Positions 47,580 to 57,836 are shown, numbered from the stretch's first letter. The stretch: 64,000 nucleotides of DNA from Alphaproteobacteria bacterium (GCA_965201155.1 OZ241752.1:719047-783046); one strand, 5' to 3'. Made by a program: numbers and translations. The notes: generated by a model not told the origin, from the sequence alone.

Positions 47580-48747
47580 CCTCTCCTCATGGCCGCCGCA
47601 TTGCGCGCTCTCGCGGTTGCCGCGGCCGAAATTGTTTCCGTGCGGTTCGTCCCTATGGGATATTGCGCAGCGCGGCAATGCTTTTGCAATGCAGCACCTG
47701 CCCGGATGCGCGAAAAGCAAGGAGCCGGCGTCATCCCCCGAATACCGCTGTTCGCCGCACCCGAAGCGGCGAGAAGAGCCTGCGCCGCTGCTGCCAGGCC
47801 AGCTATGCCGCCCAGAGCCGGTCCAGGCCGCGCGGCATCATCGCCCGCGTCGAGGCATCCATCAAGCACGGCGTGTGCACCCGCTTCATCGTCCGCCGGG
47901 AAGCCAACCAATGCCGCCTGTTCCTCCATACCGCAGCCTGTTGGCTGCTCTGGCAACTCAGAAACGCGGCATCAAGGCGCTCGCGTTGGCGAACCGCCAC
48001 ATTCCACACAATCCGCGCCACATTCCTGAAAATCGCGGTGCGGGTTCAGCAGCGGAAATCCCGCATCGCCCTCTGAATGCCGCAGCACACGCCAAACCAG
48101 CCGATGCTCGCGATCATGCTCCAACGCCTTGCCGCTCAAGGGCCTTGACCAACGCGGCAAGTGCCGCAGACCACCTCCAAACACCAACCCACAAACCAAG
48201 ACAAATCAGCCACACAAAACCCGTAAAGCCGGGCGAAAAAACTCGCCTATACGACAACAGAATATCGCGTCATGAATAATGCGGGATTTGGCGGTCGAGG
48301 ACTTTCGGGACCTGTTTGCGGCGCACGGCGTCCCGCAACCAGTTGAGCTATGAGGCGTAGTGGTCCCGCACCATGGCGCTGAATTGGTGGACACCAACGC
48401 GATCATGACCGGCGACATTGCGCTCGACCAAGGTGAAGCTTCGCTGTGGGCGCACGCGCTCAGCCGTGACGATGATTGGAAACTGTGCGGGCCGGACAAA
48501 GCGAGCCCGCGTTGCGGGGTGAGGCTCGGGTTCCGCGATCGATTGGTGTCGCTGGAAGATTTACTGCTGGACATCGGCCATCGGCCCCGGACCGCCCTTC
48601 GTGAAGCCTATACGAGGCGATGGCACAAGAGGGCGCTGGGCAAGATCATATTCGCGGAACGAGGCTGAAATCGTGCGGGACGATGGATTGACGGCGCCTC
48701 AAGTTTAGCATATGCTTGGCATATGTATAGGCCCACGTGAGCTAGCC

Positions 48748-48990
48748 ATGACTTCGCCCCCGCGCCATGCACGCCTCTTTCGCAATGGCCGCAACCAGGC
48801 GGTCCGCATCCCCCGCGAGTTCGAAATGGCGGCCGACGAGGTTCTCATCTACCGGGAAGACCGCCGCCTCGTAATAGAGCCGGTGGAGCGCCCGCCTGCT
48901 TTGGTCGAGGTTCTGTCGGGTCTGGAGCCCCTGGACGAGGATTTCCCGGACATTGCCGACCCGCCTGCGGAGCCCGAAAACCTCCTTTGA
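48748..48990 (+). CDS. vapB: VapB-type antitoxin (AbrB/SpoVT-like)
   Basis: ARLFRNGRNQAVRIPREFEM...DEVLIYREDRRLVIEPV is the typical swapped-hairpin antitoxin sequence. Located immediately upstream of a PIN gene. Confidence 0.8.
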   Translation: MTSPPRHARLFRNGRNQAVRIPREFEMAADEVLIYREDRRLVIEPVERPPALVEVLSGLEPLDEDFPDIADPPAEPENLL

Positions 48991-48993
48991 ACC

Positions 48994-49398
48994 ATGCTCG
49001 ATCTTCAATACTTGCTGGACACGAATGTGGTCTCACATTTGGTCCGCCGGCCGGACAGCCACTTGGCGCACCGGGTTTCCGCTCTGGAGCCTGGAAGTTT
49101 CGGGATCAGCGTGATCGTCGCCGCCGAGCTTCGATACGGCGCAGTCCGTCGCGGCTCGCCTCGCCTGACGGGGCAATTGGAGGCAATACTTTCAGTGATC
49201 GATGTACTTCCCCTGGAGGAGCCGGTGGATCGGCATTATGGCGCGATCCGAACCCATCTGGAGCGCATCGGTCAGCCCATAGGCCACAATGACCTGCTGA
49301 TCGCAGCCCATACGAGAGCCCTTTCGGCAACACTGATCACCAACAATGTCGGCGAATTCCGCCATGTCCCCTCGCTCCTGGTCGAAGACTGGCAATGA
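48994..49398 (+). CDS. vapC: VapC PIN-domain ribonuclease toxin
   Basis: PIN motifs: N-terminal LLDTNVVS, middle AAELRYG and C-terminal NDLLIAAHTRALSATLITNNVGEF. Confidence 0.9.
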   Translation: MLDLQYLLDTNVVSHLVRRPDSHLAHRVSALEPGSFGISVIVAAELRYGAVRRGSPRLTGQLEAILSVIDVLPLEEPVDRHYGAIRTHLERIGQPIGHNDLLIAAHTRALSATLITNNVGEFRHVPSLLVEDWQ

Positions 49399-49452
49399 AA
49401 TTGCGCGTGTCGTTTTGGCATGGGCACAGGACGAATGTGCTGACGGGCGCCG

Positions 49453-49770
49453 TCAGGCGACGGCACTCAGACCGTTCTTCTCGACCAATGTCAGCAATTT
49501 CAGCGAAGCGCCCCGCGGCCGCTTCTCTCCGCGCTCCCACTGGCTCACCAGACCCTTCGTCCCGTTCAGGTGGCGGGCGAACACCGCCTGACTGGCCTTC
49601 TCGCGAAGCCGAAGCGCGCGAATATCCTCCGGCGTCATTTTCTCCACCGGCGTGAGGCACATCTCATCGAACGCCCGCGTGGTTCGCTTCGACATCACAC
49701 CAGCCTCTGCCAGACCGAATGCGGCCTCATGCGCGGCTGCCAGCGCCTCGCTCCTGTATCGCTTCGTCAT
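49453..49770 (-). CDS. XRE-family HTH regulator, HigA-like antitoxin type, solitary
   Basis: 106 aa from MTKRYRSE. HTH region KASQAVFARHLNGTKGLVSQWERGEKRP is typical of HigA antitoxins that pair with RelE/HigB toxins. No toxin ORF is adjacent. Confidence 0.7.
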   Translation of the reverse strand: MTKRYRSEALAAAHEAAFGLAEAGVMSKRTTRAFDEMCLTPVEKMTPEDIRALRLREKASQAVFARHLNGTKGLVSQWERGEKRPRGASLKLLTLVEKNGLSAVA

Positions 49771-49820
49771 CGCATGCCACCTCGATAATCGCTCCTGCCG
49801 CTTCCCGGGAGCAATATCTC

Positions 49821-49849
49821 CAAAAAGCAGGGGCCTCCGAAGAGGCCCC
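49821..49849 (-). terminator. intrinsic-terminator-like hairpin with T-tract, minus-strand sense, lying upstream of the higA-like gene
   Basis: Plus strand reads caaaaagca-GGGGCCTC-cgaa-GAGGCCCC. On the minus strand this is an 8-bp GC stem followed by TGCTTTTTG. Confidence 0.4.
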
Positions 49850-50044
49850 GCGCCCTGCGGTCGAAACCACAAGGGGAATTGCCGACAGGTTCGGTCGCTG
49901 GCAGGCAAAAATCAACCCCGTATTGTGATTCAAGATCGTGTTCTGAGCGGTGGTGCAAGAGCATGGTGTCTGTGGCGGTATCCGGCAGTCAACGCCCCTG
50001 CTCCCGTATCACACCCCGGGGGCACAACCTGATATAAGGCCGGC

Positions 50045-52135
50045 ATGTCGGAAATTGACTCGCGTCCCCGTATTGCCGTCGATATCGGCGGTACGTTTAC
50101 GGATATTGCTCTTGAGGCGCCCGGTGGGCGGTTGTTCACGCGCAAGGTACTGACGACTCCGCAAGCGCCTGCGGATGCGGTTCTGGAGGGTCTGGAAGGG
50201 ATATTGGCCGATGCCGCCATTGCCGCGGGGGATATCGGGCTGATCCTGCATGGCACGACGCTCGCGACCAACGCCATCATCGAACGCGCGGGGGCCTGCA
50301 CCGCGTTGATCGTAACCGAGGGCTTTCGCGATTCGGTCGAAATGGCCTACGAAAACCGTTTCGAGCAATATGACATCAATGTCGACAAGCCCAAACCGCT
50401 GGTGCCGCGCTATTTGCGGCTGCCGGTGCGCGAACGCATGTCCGCCGGCGGACATATCGTCACACCGCTCGACGAGGAGTCGGTCCGCGCCCTGCTTCCG
50501 GTGCTTGAGGACGAGGGGGTCGAGAGTGTCGCCATAGGTCTCATCCACGCCTATGCCAATCCCGGCCACGAGCAGCGTGTGGCGGAGATCATCAGCGCTG
50601 CGCGGCCCGATCTCTGGATCACCGAAGCGGCTGCCGTATGCCCTGAAATCCGCGAATATGAGCGCCTTTCCACGGCCTGCGCAAACGCCTATGTCCGGCC
50701 TCTCATGGCGCGCTATCTCGACGACCTGGCGGCGCGCCTGAAGCAGGCGGGCTTCACTTGCCCCATGCTGCTCATGATGTCGAGCGGCGGCCTGACCACC
50801 CTTGAAACTGCACGGCGCTTCCCGGTGAGGCTGGTCGAGTCCGGCCCTGCGGGCGGCGCCATCATGGCCAGCCGGGTGGCGGTCGAAAGCGCGCTTGCGC
50901 AGGCCCTGTCGTTCGACATGGGCGGGACCACAGCGAAAATCTGCCTGATCGATGACGGCGCCGCCGATACTGCGCGCGGCTTCGAGGTTGCGCGCGCCTA
51001 TCGGTTCAGCAAGGGCAGCGGCCTGCCTTTGCAGATTCCGGTGATTGAAATGGTGGAAATCGGCGCCGGCGGCGGCTCGATCGCCCGCATAGACGCCCTG
51101 GACCGTATTCGCGTCGGACCGGAAAGCGCTGGCGCCGATCCCGGACCCGCCTGCTATGCCCGCGGCGGCAATGACGCCACCGTCACCGACGCCGACCTGC
51201 TGGTCGGAAGGCTGGACCCTGATGACTTCGCCGGCGGTGCATTTCCGCTTGCACCGGAGCGCGCAGCAGCCACCATGAATGCCGCAGTGGCCGCGCCGCG
51301 AGGGTTTGACGCCGTCGATGCGGCCCTGGCCGTCTCCGAAGTGGTGGAGGAGGCCATGGCCAATGCTGCGCGGGTGCATGCGGTGGAACGCGGCAAGGCG
51401 CTGGAAGCGCGAACTCTGATCGCGTTTGGCGGCGCGGCGCCGCTTCATGCGGCGGCGCTGGCGCGCAAACTTGGCATTGGCCGCGTCCTCGTGCCATCCG
51501 GCGCCGGCGTTTGTTCGGCAATCGGCTTCCTGCGTGCACCGATTTCCTATGAAGTGGTGCGCAGCCACTATATGCGCCTTGACTGGTTCGAACCGTCGCG
51601 GGCCAACGCCCTGTTTGCTGAAATGCACGCCGAGGCCGCCGCGGTGGTGCGTCTGGGCGCCCCGGAGGGGCCTCTCCGCGAAAGCCGCTGGATTTCCATG
51701 CGCTATTCGGGCCAGGGGCATGAGATCACCGTGCCCTTGCCGACCACACCGTGGGATGAGGGGGCTGCCGCCGCGATCGAGGCAGCATTCGCCGAGGTCT
51801 ATCGCGAGCATTACGGCCGCACCATTCCGGGGGTCGAGGTGGAAATCATCAACTGGGCGCTGACCCTGAGCACCGAAACGCCGCCGCCGCATCCGCGCCC
51901 GTCCGCACCGCCCGCGGCTGCGCCGCGGCCGGAGGGTGTGCGGTCCGTGCGGTTTGCCGGCGCGGGCGGCAGCGCAGCCTTGGTGGAAGCGCCGGTCTAT
52001 CGGCGCAGCGCCTTGCCGCCCGGCTGCGAGATTAACGGCCCGGCGCTGATTGCCGAGACACAAACTACGACGCTCGTTCCGCCGCGCGGGCGCGCCCGCA
52101 TCGACTCCGCAGGCCATATCGACATGAGCCTGTAA
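50045..52135 (+). CDS. hyuA: hydantoinase/oxoprolinase family, subunit A
   Basis: N-terminal ASKHA motif IAVDIGGTFTDI and length typical of HyuA/OplA. Confidence 0.9.
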   Translation: MSEIDSRPRIAVDIGGTFTDIALEAPGGRLFTRKVLTTPQAPADAVLEGLEGILADAAIAAGDIGLILHGTTLATNAIIERAGACTALIVTEGFRDSVEMAYENRFEQYDINVDKPKPLVPRYLRLPVRERMSAGGHIVTPLDEESVRALLPVLEDEGVESVAIGLIHAYANPGHEQRVAEIISAARPDLWITEAAAVCPEIREYERLSTACANAYVRPLMARYLDDLAARLKQAGFTCPMLLMMSSGGLTTLETARRFPVRLVESGPAGGAIMASRVAVESALAQALSFDMGGTTAKICLIDDGAADTARGFEVARAYRFSKGSGLPLQIPVIEMVEIGAGGGSIARIDALDRIRVGPESAGADPGPACYARGGNDATVTDADLLVGRLDPDDFAGGAFPLAPERAAATMNAAVAAPRGFDAVDAALAVSEVVEEAMANAARVHAVERGKALEARTLIAFGGAAPLHAAALARKLGIGRVLVPSGAGVCSAIGFLRAPISYEVVRSHYMRLDWFEPSRANALFAEMHAEAAAVVRLGAPEGPLRESRWISMRYSGQGHEITVPLPTTPWDEGAAAAIEAAFAEVYREHYGRTIPGVEVEIINWALTLSTETPPPHPRPSAPPAAAPRPEGVRSVRFAGAGGSAALVEAPVYRRSALPPGCEINGPALIAETQTTTLVPPRGRARIDSAGHIDMSL

Positions 52136-52208
52136 CGGGGAAACGGGCCGCGCGGAGCGCCCTTGTCGACGAAACTGCCGGGTTGTTCGATAATCCCGGA
52201 AACTTACC

Positions 52209-53930
52209 ATGCATGCCGGAGGTGTTGCCATGACAGCGAGACCTGAACCAACCGCACTCGACCGCCAGCTCATGTGGGACAGGCTGAACGCGGTGGTGGA
52301 AGAACAGGCGCAGACGTTGATCCGCACGGCGTTCAGCAATACCGTCCGCGAGGCGGGCGACCTTTCCGCCGGGGTGTTTGACCTTGCCGGTAGGATGCTC
52401 GCGCAGGCGGTGACCGGAACGCCCGGCCATGTCAACGCCATGGCGGCGTCGGTGCAGCATTTCATCGACTGCTTTCCGGTGGCGGAGATGAGCCCCGGCG
52501 ATGTCTACATCACCAACGACCCATGGCGGGCCACCGGACATTTGCATGACTTCACGGTGGTGACACCGTGTTTTCGCGGTGAACGCGCAGTGGGTTTCCT
52601 GGCATCGACGGCGCATGTGGTCGATGTCGGCGGGCGCGGTTTCGGGCCGGACGCACGCCAAGTTTATGAAGAAGGCATTTTCGTGCCGATCATGAAGCTG
52701 ATGGATGCCGGCCGCATCGACGAGTCACTGATCCGGCTGGTGCGCGCCAATGTCCGTGAACCGACCCAGCTTGAGGGAGACTTTCATTCGCTCGCCGCGT
52801 GCAATGAGGTGGGCTGCCGCCGCCTGATCGAAATGATGGCGGGTTTCGGACTCGACGATCTCGGCGCTCTTGCCGATTACATCATCGACACTTCGCACCG
52901 CGCCATGCTGCGCCAGATCAGCGCCTTGCCGGCCGGCACATGGCGCTATGCCATGCGAATCGACGGGTATGAAACACCCGTTGATCTGGTTGCCTCCCTG
53001 ACCGTCGGCCCTGACGGCATGGATATCGACTTTGACGGCACCTCGGGCGTATCCGATTTCGGCATCAACGTACCGCTGCCCTATACGCAGGCCTACGCCA
53101 CCTTCGGCGCGCGCTGCATTATCGGATCGGACGTGCCCAACAATGCCGGCTCGTTGGCGGCGGTGCGCGTGACCGCGCCGGAAAATTGCATCCTGAATGC
53201 GCGGCCGCCGCGCGCCGTGGCAGCGCGCCACGCCATCGGCCAGATGCTGCCCGATGTGGTTCTCGGCTGCCTGCATCAGGCAGTGCCGGATATCGGCCCG
53301 GCCGAGGGTACGTCGTGTCTCTACAATTTCGTGCTCTATGGCGGCGGCGGCATAGCCGACGGCCATGGCGCGCACGCCAATGCGACTCCGTTCACTATCA
53401 CGCTGTTTCACAATGGCGGCACCGGCGCGCGCCCGGCGAAGGACGGATTGTCGGCAACGGCGTTTCCATCAGGTGTACGCAACACGCCGGTGGAAATCAA
53501 CGAGGCAATCTCACCCATTTTGGTGAAACGCAAGGAATACCGGACGGATTCCGCCGGCGCCGGCCGCTCGCGCGGCGGTCTGGGGCAGGTGATGGAGATC
53601 ACCAGTCTGGACGGTGCGCCGTTTGCCGTCTCGTCGATGTTTGACCGCGTCCGCTTTCCGCCGCGCGGACGCGCCGGCGGGCGCAACGGCACTGCCGGGC
53701 GCATGACTCTCGCAAGCGGGAAGGAACTGCGCCCCAAGGGCCGCCAGACCGTCCCGGCGGGCGATACCCTGGTCATCGAGATGCCCGGCGGCGGCGGCTA
53801 TGGCGATCCTTCCTCGCGGCCGGCAGCGTTGATCGCCGACGATGTGCGCAACGGTCTGGTGAGCCCTGAGGCAGCCGCCGCACATTACGGCGCCGCCATG
53901 GATTTGAACGAGGAAAATTTGCCCGAATAA
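52209..53930 (+). CDS. hyuB: hydantoinase/oxoprolinase family, subunit B
   Basis: 573 aa of the hydantoinase_B family, immediately downstream of hyuA. Confidence 0.9.
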   Translation: MHAGGVAMTARPEPTALDRQLMWDRLNAVVEEQAQTLIRTAFSNTVREAGDLSAGVFDLAGRMLAQAVTGTPGHVNAMAASVQHFIDCFPVAEMSPGDVYITNDPWRATGHLHDFTVVTPCFRGERAVGFLASTAHVVDVGGRGFGPDARQVYEEGIFVPIMKLMDAGRIDESLIRLVRANVREPTQLEGDFHSLAACNEVGCRRLIEMMAGFGLDDLGALADYIIDTSHRAMLRQISALPAGTWRYAMRIDGYETPVDLVASLTVGPDGMDIDFDGTSGVSDFGINVPLPYTQAYATFGARCIIGSDVPNNAGSLAAVRVTAPENCILNARPPRAVAARHAIGQMLPDVVLGCLHQAVPDIGPAEGTSCLYNFVLYGGGGIADGHGAHANATPFTITLFHNGGTGARPAKDGLSATAFPSGVRNTPVEINEAISPILVKRKEYRTDSAGAGRSRGGLGQVMEITSLDGAPFAVSSMFDRVRFPPRGRAGGRNGTAGRMTLASGKELRPKGRQTVPAGDTLVIEMPGGGGYGDPSSRPAALIADDVRNGLVSPEAAAAHYGAAMDLNEENLPE

Positions 53931-53998
53931 CCAGGTTTTTCGGGGCGCCTTTATTTCGGGATTTGCGGTCGGTCCATTCGCTCGCGTCGGCAAAGCGC

Positions 53999-54883
53999 TC
54001 AAGTCAGGCGGCTGCGCGCGATCTCGATATATTCCGGGTTGATGTCGATCCCGATGCTGTTTCGGCCTGCGCGCTGCGCAGCGAGACAGGTTGTCCCCGA
54101 TCCTGCGAAGGGGTCGAGCACGGTCTGTCCCTCGGCAGAGAACAGGCGGATCAGGTGCTCGCAGAGCTTGACAGGCTTCGGTGTCAGGTGGCCGTTGAAG
54201 CGGTCCCTGGCCTCTTTCTCGACCGTCATGACGGTTTCCGGCACGCGCGCGGTGAGGCTGTGCCGCGGGTCGATCAGCCCGGTCCCATATGCCAGCCAGT
54301 TATCAACAAAGGTTCCTTCGCGCGGCTTCTGCGCGCAGAGGATTGCCTCGAACTGCGGCCGAAGCTGCGGCGTCCGCCGGCCGTCCAGCGCCTTCAGGGC
54401 GTGGGCCTTCTGATCGTCCGTCACGTCGGCTCTGCGCCGGACGAAATGGTCCATGGTGAACGCCTTGAACTGCGCCTTCCTTGTGAAGCGCCATGCGAAA
54501 GCATCCCGGACCTCGAAGCCGGCATCTTCGACCGCCACGGCGGCCCGATGATAAAGGCGCGGGGCAGCGAACAGCAGCAGAAAGCCTCCGGGTTTCAGCA
54601 CACGCAGCAATTCGGCCGCAATGGGGGCGAGGAACGCCTGAAGATTCTTTGCCTGTTCCCGGTCGAACTTCATACCGACGGGCAGACCGCCGATGACGTC
54701 CGCACATTTCTTCGAGCGTTCTATGTCCGGCGGGCTCCAAGCGTCATCAAGTCGGTCGAGAAAGTATGGCGGGTCCGTCACCACAAGATGAACGCTCCCA
54801 TCCGCCATATCCGCCAGTAGGTCCCGACAATCTCCCGAATGCAATGCGACGCAGGAATGACCCTCGCCTCTGGCGTTGCTCAT
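53999..54883 (-). CDS. beta-class DNA methyltransferase (N6-adenine or N4-cytosine), orphan
   Basis: Motif IV DPPY lies near the N-terminus (VVTDPPYF) and motif I FAGSGTT near the C-terminus. No restriction endonuclease gene is adjacent. Confidence 0.85.
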   Translation of the reverse strand: MSNARGEGHSCVALHSGDCRDLLADMADGSVHLVVTDPPYFLDRLDDAWSPPDIERSKKCADVIGGLPVGMKFDREQAKNLQAFLAPIAAELLRVLKPGGFLLLFAAPRLYHRAAVAVEDAGFEVRDAFAWRFTRKAQFKAFTMDHFVRRRADVTDDQKAHALKALDGRRTPQLRPQFEAILCAQKPREGTFVDNWLAYGTGLIDPRHSLTARVPETVMTVEKEARDRFNGHLTPKPVKLCEHLIRLFSAEGQTVLDPFAGSGTTCLAAQRAGRNSIGIDINPEYIEIARSRLT

Positions 54884-55012
54884 GCTTTTTCCTTATGCGC
54901 CGGAATAATCGGCCATCATCACTATGGCACATAAGGAACGTAAAAGAAACGAGTGTTTCCCGGCCAGTCCGATCATCCCGCAGTGAACACACGCACCGAC
55001 TCGCCGGCGTCC

Positions 55013-56794
55013 TCACGCCGCATGGCGCACGGCGCTGTCGGCCAAGACTTCGAGACAGTCGCCCTCCATCGGCAGGGTCAGCACGTGCGCGCGATGCCAT
55101 AGCGCGTAAAACAACAGGGTCCATGCTGCGGCCGCCGCGCGGCGGCCGCGTTGGACAAACAGCGGGGCCACGGCGCCGGGACGGCAGAGTTCGCCGATTC
55201 CCGGCTGTGCCGCAACCAGGGGACCAAGTTCTGCGCCGCGCGCGGCAATCCACTCCGCAATCGGCGTGGCGGCCTGTCCGTTTTCACCCCAGGCCGGCAG
55301 TTTCGGCGCCGCCTGCGCCAGCCAGCGATTCAGCAATCGTTCGCGCGGGCGGCGCGCCATCTTCAACTCCCGGGGAAGCCGAAAGGCGAATTGTGCAAGG
55401 TCCCGGTCGAGAAAAGGTGCCTGAAAGTTCAGCCCGTGCGCCGCGAGGCAGCGGTCCCGGCCGGGCAGTTGTGCGAAAGCCAGCGGCCTATCGATATCCG
55501 CCGCCTGCGCCGCCTGCAGGCGGTCATGCCCGGCAAGGTCTGCGCCACCCTCCGGATCTGCATGATCCCATGGGCTGGACGGCGCCGCGCGCAGCACCCC
55601 AAGACCGGAAAATATACCGGGCGGATTCATTCTCCCGCCCAGCCATGCAGGGCGCGCGGTGCTGAGATACTGCTGCCGCGCAGCAAACAGTTCCCGCGCG
55701 CCGACCACCGAAAGCACCGTCTCCACCTCGCCGGACGCTGCTGCAGCAAGCGCGTGGTGAACCGTGAGCACAGGATCGGCGCAAGGATCGTCCAGCAAGG
55801 CGGCAATTTCCGGAAGGCTGCGCCAGAACTGCGCCTGGTCGAAAGTGATCTCGGTATGTGCGACTCCCAGCGCTTGCGCCGCCGCGGCGGCGCGGCTCTT
55901 CCCCGCAGCACTGGGCAAGCGGACTGTCCAGGCACGCAAGCGGCGTGCGCTCTCGCGCGCCGCTGCGGCAAGCAGAACGCCGGAACTCGCACTTTCCGAA
56001 AGAAATATCCCGCAGGCGCCGCCCCCCGACCGGCAGGCGGAAACGGTATCTTTCAGAAGCCTGTCAAGTTCTGCCAGCGCCGCCGCAGGCTTCTGTTTGC
56101 GCGGGCCGCCGTCAGGCAGCGCAGCGCGGCGCCGGCGTTCGACGATGCGGCAGCTGCTGACCGCCGCCGACTCGCCCGGCAGCACGCGCTTGACATGGCT
56201 ATAGACGGAGTCGCGCCCGCTGCTGAAACCGCGCTGGAGAAATTCGCCCAGCGGCGCCTGGGCCAATTCCCGCGGGGCCATGCCGGCGGCGAGCAAGGCG
56301 CGCGGCCGCGACGCAAATGCGAAATAGTTGTGCCGCTCCACATAATAGAGCGGTCTGACTCCGAACGCGTCGCGGGCGAGGACAAGGCGGTCCGCTTCCG
56401 CATCATGCAGGGCCGCCGCAAAGGAACCGCGCAGCATGGCGGTAAAATCCAGCCCGCGGTGGCGATAGAATTCCTCGGCGGTCCAGGCGATGTCCCGCGC
56501 CGCGGCAGCAGAAACGCCGGCCTCGACGGCCACAGCAGATCCGCCGCTTTCGCGTGGCGGCTCTTCTGCAGGTGCGGGCGGCGGCAGGCATACCATCGCC
56601 AGGCCGGGGGCGCGATGCCAGTTGCTGCCCGCGCCAAACGCGCGTTCGAACCGGTCGCGCAACGGAGCGCCGGGTTTCCAGCGGCGTGTGGTCATGACAC
56701 CGCCAATGCCGCTCATGCTGCGGTCCTGCCGGCCCGTGCGGCAGGCACTGCTCACGAGAAGGCGCGTTCGATATCCATCGCGGCGCGGTCCCAA
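55013..56794 (-). CDS. asparagine synthetase B-like protein (Ntn-glutaminase-like N-domain plus synthetase domain) lacking the N-terminal Cys nucleophile
   Basis: RDAFGVRPLYY matches the AsnB RDxFGIKPLYY block. The synthetase domain carries a PP-loop-like SGG region. The N-terminus reads MSGIGGV instead of MCGI; the start is uncertain. Confidence 0.7.
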   Translation of the reverse strand: MGPRRDGYRTRLLVSSACRTGRQDRSMSGIGGVMTTRRWKPGAPLRDRFERAFGAGSNWHRAPGLAMVCLPPPAPAEEPPRESGGSAVAVEAGVSAAAARDIAWTAEEFYRHRGLDFTAMLRGSFAAALHDAEADRLVLARDAFGVRPLYYVERHNYFAFASRPRALLAAGMAPRELAQAPLGEFLQRGFSSGRDSVYSHVKRVLPGESAAVSSCRIVERRRRAALPDGGPRKQKPAAALAELDRLLKDTVSACRSGGGACGIFLSESASSGVLLAAAARESARRLRAWTVRLPSAAGKSRAAAAAQALGVAHTEITFDQAQFWRSLPEIAALLDDPCADPVLTVHHALAAAASGEVETVLSVVGARELFAARQQYLSTARPAWLGGRMNPPGIFSGLGVLRAAPSSPWDHADPEGGADLAGHDRLQAAQAADIDRPLAFAQLPGRDRCLAAHGLNFQAPFLDRDLAQFAFRLPRELKMARRPRERLLNRWLAQAAPKLPAWGENGQAATPIAEWIAARGAELGPLVAAQPGIGELCRPGAVAPLFVQRGRRAAAAAWTLLFYALWHRAHVLTLPMEGDCLEVLADSAVRHAA

Positions 56795-57795
56795 CTGACG
56801 CTTCGCTGCCGCTGCCGCGCCTCGCCGCTGAACCGCGTAAACATGGCGTCGTCATCGAGCAGACGCGCTGTGTAGTCGGCAAAGGCCTCGTCATTTGCCG
56901 CGGCGTAGCCTGTCATCCCGTTGCGAATACGCTCGTCGGCCGCGCCGATCGGGCGCACCACCGCCGGCAGGCCGACCGCCTGCGATTCGGCGAGAGTGTG
57001 GCACATCACATCGCGCGAGCTGGAAGGATAAAGATGCACCCGCGACGTACGGTACGTCTCGATCATGTCCGGGTCCGCGGCAGGGTTCTGGATCCGCACG
57101 CCGCGCGCGGCCGCTTCCTGCGCCCGCTCGAGCAGCGGCGCCACCGGTTCGGGCAGGCGCGCCCCATCCTCCCCGGCTGCCAGCAGGGCGGAAAATATGT
57201 GCAGTTCCGCCCATGGCACATGGGTGTGGACCTTGCTGCACCAGACATCGAGAAGCCAATCCAGCCCGCGCAGCGGATGGCTGGTGAACACCGCCCGCCG
57301 CGACGTTGCGGATTCCATCTCACCGGCTTCGCGAAATCCCTTCGGCACCCCCATGACCATGGTGATGGCGGGCAGGCTGTGCAGCGCCGGCGGAACCGTC
57401 TGGCTGTGCGCAATGCCCTGTAACATGATGGTCGGCTTGTATTCGCGAATGCACGCATGGGCTGGGGCGGTGGAAATCGTGTCGCCGGGGGCGGACATCA
57501 GCAGCGCCCGCCCGCCGGCATTGGTGATCATGCGCAGCAGCACGGGGTCGCGATGGGCGATCACAACGTCGCTGTGCGCGGCCTCGCAATCGTCGAGCGG
57601 CTGCCAGCTCACCCCGTCAATCACCACCGACGCATCGCAGCGGTTGAACACCCGCACCATATGGCCGCGCGCCGACAGCGCTTCCGCCAGCCCGGCCACG
57701 GCTTTCTCTCCGCCGCCCAGTGCCCGCTCATTCTGGGTGGCGCCGTGAAACGGCACCGAGTCATCAAGAAAGGTGATCAGCATCGGCCCTCGCAA
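56752..57795 (-). CDS. glycosyltransferase family 1 (GT4-like)
   Basis: GT-B fold with a C-terminal E..E region (HTLAESQAVGLPAV) typical of GT1 enzymes. Confidence 0.8.
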   Translation of the reverse strand: MRGPMLITFLDDSVPFHGATQNERALGGGEKAVAGLAEALSARGHMVRVFNRCDASVVIDGVSWQPLDDCEAAHSDVVIAHRDPVLLRMITNAGGRALLMSAPGDTISTAPAHACIREYKPTIMLQGIAHSQTVPPALHSLPAITMVMGVPKGFREAGEMESATSRRAVFTSHPLRGLDWLLDVWCSKVHTHVPWAELHIFSALLAAGEDGARLPEPVAPLLERAQEAAARGVRIQNPAADPDMIETYRTSRVHLYPSSSRDVMCHTLAESQAVGLPAVVRPIGAADERIRNGMTGYAAANDEAFADYTARLLDDDAMFTRFSGEARQRQRSVSWDRAAMDIERAFS

Positions 57796-57836
57796 CGCTC
57801 CTTTGACGCCGCCGCGGCGGCGGCCATACTGAAACC

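Noticed and set aside
48360-48668. A 102-aa + ORF (MVPHHGAELVDTNAIMTGD...) as a possible transposase or integrase fragment.
   Set aside because: No family-level motif was recognised by eye and it overlaps an equally unconvincing antisense ORF. It is left as a gene remnant of unknown origin.
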